Origin: Mytilus californianus
Taxonomy: Eukaryota
Length of the DNA stretch: 64,000 nucleotides
NCBI RefSeq assembly: GCF_021869535.1
Contig: NW_026262648.1
Span: 558,001 to 622,000, forward strand
Direction of reading: 5' to 3'
In this document: one piece after another, positions 61,201 to 64,000 of the stretch
Numbering within the stretch: the first letter of the stretch is position 1
Layout: each line of letters opens with the position of its first letter
The notes under the pieces: generated by a model
The model's database searches: none
Told to the model about the DNA's origin: nothing
What the model saw: only the letters and a program-made list of their open reading frames with translations
Position numbers and translations under genes: made by a program

Positions 61201-61334
61201 TAATAATAAGTTTGTGTTAAAAATGATTTAATTTATCAACAGTTTGAATAAATTAAAACATTTGCATTTGATGTTTTTGAAAAAAAATCATATTTCAATC
61301 TCATTCTAAACGGCATATATTAAAATTGCCGACC

Positions 61335-61570
61335 TTTTTTTACTGCCTCGTGGCGGGAGGTTGTGGGTTTGAATGCGACACGGTCAAAACAAATACTTGA
61401 AAATACATGCTTCTCCGATGGGCACTGTGCATTTAGGAGTAAGAAAAAAGACTAGTCGACGTGGAGGCAGAATAATGTGTCGGCGTAGGCTGACATGTAC
61501 ATATATGCACTGTTTCCTTGTGAAAGAACACATCAGAAATCAGGCTCAGTGTGTCGTCTAGTACAAAGTA
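61335..61570 (+). mobile_element. Decayed tRNA-derived SINE (RUDI/Meta-SINE-like)
   Basis: GGTTGTGGGTTTGAAT head, GCTTCTCCG...GCATTTAGGAGTAAGA..AAAGACT central domain, GTCTAGTACAAAG. Family name is from recalled consensus only. Confidence 0.55.
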
Positions 61571-61939
61571 TGGTTTAAATTATGGTAATATGTTCTCGTC
61601 TTGGAAATGCATTTAATTTGCCATTTTGACTTTAAACAGCCATTAGTTATCATCACCATAATTTTTCATTGATGTTAGATAGCAAAAATCTTGACTATCA
61701 TATAAACACGAACATGGCATCATATTTCGCCTATTGTTGCGCGTAAATTTTATTTTCAGGAACATGAGCTCACTATTTGAAAGCTCACATTCGAAACTGG
61801 TGACTACCGTGGAGACCATTTACGAATGACAACGATACCTTTGGATGATCAAACTAGATACATTTTTTAATGCTTTCAGTTTCTTACCTTTGGAAGTTAT
61901 GTTTCTTTAACATTTTTCATGAATTATCTTGGGTGAACA

Positions 61940-62150
61940 AATCTGTCATACAAGTGAGAGGTTTATCTAGCTATAAAACCAGGTTCAATCCACCAGTTTC
62001 TACATAAGAAAATGCCTGTACCAAGTCAGGAATATGACAGTTGTTATCCATTCGTTTGATGTGTTCGAGCTTTTGATTTTGCCATTAGATTAAGGATTTT
62101 CGTTTTTGAATTTTCCTCGGAGTTAATTTTTTTTGTGATTTTACTTCATA
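61940..62150 (+). repeat. Dispersed repeat family C copy
   Basis: Matches 21045-21260. Confidence 0.8.
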
Positions 62151-63429
62151 TCTCCCTCAGGCACGGCAAATAATTCTATAATATTCACTTAATCTTCTTC
62201 AGTCTCGTATTGAGAAAGGGTAACTGTTTTAAACAAAATCACGTCAGATCGACATTTGAACATTCATTGAACGCATTTAATTTATCTTATCTTCTGACAG
62301 TGCAAAACACAGATCAATATTTTCTGATTTCCTATCCGACCTACTGTGCCCACATAACCTAGTATATTGCTTTTATCTTTAATACTAGTATGTTAACGTC
62401 TTTTTCAAAAGACTGATTGACATGCGGAAAAGGAACCAATCAAAATATATTGTTAGATATATCTTTTATTCTCATAAAGCCAATGCATGACATCAGTACA
62501 GAGATAACAACAATAACTAATTACAATATATACAAATATACAAAACAAGGAGAGAGGTTACAAAAGTCACTAGCCAGGAGGACAAACAAAAGTATTAATA
62601 TTTTTTATTAATAAACAAAGCTTCTTCAGGACTGGTTTTCGTTTACTCGACATAAGTTCAGAGAATTTAACTGTAGTATGTCGTTGTACAAAATAGGAGG
62701 GTAAATACTTTGTACGTTTTTAATCGAAAAAAGGACATTCAAATATATAGTGGGATTCGTCTCCAGTTTGTCGATTGTTACATTGATGGCAAACACGGTT
62801 TTCTCGTAATACGTTTTGCCATCTTCCTATTTCATGCAATCGGCAATTTGTTATAAGTCGTTCGAAATCGACAAAAAACAACGGCATCTTTTAAAGTCCA
62901 AAATATTAAAATATTCCTCAAATTCACAGTTTTTCTTAAAATTTTTGTAGTTTATATCTTTTGACGAATTTTGTATAAGCAAATTCCAATTCTGAAGATA
63001 TTGATCTAACAATCTCTGTTTTATGACATGTCTTAAATGTGGCTGAAATGTGTACCAATCGACTTGAGAAAGCAATTGATGGTACTGTAGTCTTGAGATT
63101 GCAATCTGTATTATTTATGCGGCAGCCATCAAATATTATGTCCATCAGAGTAAACAGTACGTCAGTACTTTGATTGGTTTTCCTCTCATGCATTCACACC
63201 TTGTTATCACATTCCTTATATTTTTTATGTCATAGATAAGCTTACTTAATTTTACAGCTATCTTAGTAGACACTTACGACTGCGAGTTAAGATAGAACTC
63301 GTATCGACTTTTCCGAAGTGACCGTCTTAATTTTTGAACAGAATGTTAGAACTCGAGGCAAAATCGAGATTAAATGTCATCTGTGTATTTAATAGAACGG
63401 TCGAAAAACATACTTAAGTTCCATATTTG

Positions 63430-63820
63430 TTTTGAATGTTTGTTCTTATGTTTTACTGTTACACCACTGTCCCAGGTTAAGGGAGACAGTTGGCACCTAT
63501 AAACATGTTTTACCCCGCCACATTCTATATGATCCTATATGTGCCTGTCCAAAGATCGGTCCACAGTCTTTAGTTGATTATTGAGCATTGAATGTTTTTT
63601 CGTAAAGTGTTTTGTTATAAATTAGGGCTTTAGTTTTCTCAATTAAATATATAGTTTCATATTTTTCATGTCTATTCCTTTTTATAGCCGACTATACGGT
63701 TTGGGGTTTTCTCATTGTTGAAGACCCTACGATTGCCTATAATTGCTTACATCCACTTCGTTTGAACTTTATTGGATAGTTGTCTCATTGGCAATCATAC
63801 CATATCTCCTTTTTCTTATA
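63430..63820 (+). repeat. Dispersed repeat family A copy
   Basis: Colinear with 4620-4992. Confidence 0.8.
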
Positions 63821-63914
63821 TTAAAGAAATATTTTCAAACATTGCATAAAAAAACAAAAATGGTAGAAAGAGGTGCTCCAAACGGTCCGAGGAAAACAAG
63901 GGATGATTGTTTTT

Positions 63915-64000
63915 TCTCTATAATTTTTGTTAATTTTTCATTTTTTGACGGCGATGCTCCGTTGGCAACATCTTGCGGTGTTAACTCCAATTCGTTCGCT
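63915..64000 (+). mobile_element. Decayed Naiad-type RT fragment running off the window end
   Basis: Resembles 3810-3890 (F.DGDAPLATS.GV...Q.VR). Confidence 0.55.

Noticed and set aside
31575-61570. tRNA genes.
   Set aside because: B-box-like motifs belong to decayed SINE heads and no cloverleaf could be formed.
21045-62150. All five family C copies are on the + strand.
   Set aside because: Five of five has a 1 in 16 two-sided chance probability, and families A and B occur on both strands.

Overview
AT-rich animal genomic DNA with spliceosomal introns. The repeat families look like those of a mytilid bivalve (Mytilus-like; inference). No rRNA, tRNA gene or CRISPR array was found. Host genes: two + strand genes encoding secreted PAN/apple + C-type lectin (CTLD) proteins. 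Gene 1 (1357-7658, 3 coding exons) has a 1-nt frameshift and a non-canonical CTLD. Gene 2 (36778-45425, 4 exons, 258 aa) is intact with QPD/WND motifs. A possible orphan transmembrane exon lies on the - strand (20042-20143). The rest is mostly transposon-derived: (1) a young Neptune-type Penelope-like element (PLE) in partial tandem (7828-12053) with one premature stop and a hammerhead-like motif in each pseudo-LTR; (2) six decayed Naiad-type PLE RT fragments, one carrying a canonical-looking SECIS element in its 3' UTR, which points to a selenocysteine-recoded retroelement family; (3) a spliced Kolobok transposon (50016-59749, TTAA TSD) with an AcademX element nested inside (50317-54465, TTG TSD); (4) an I-group LINE, SINEs, MITEs, palindromic non-autonomous elements and a 52-bp minisatellite. 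All alignments, translations and folds were done by eye; boundaries of decayed elements are approximate.
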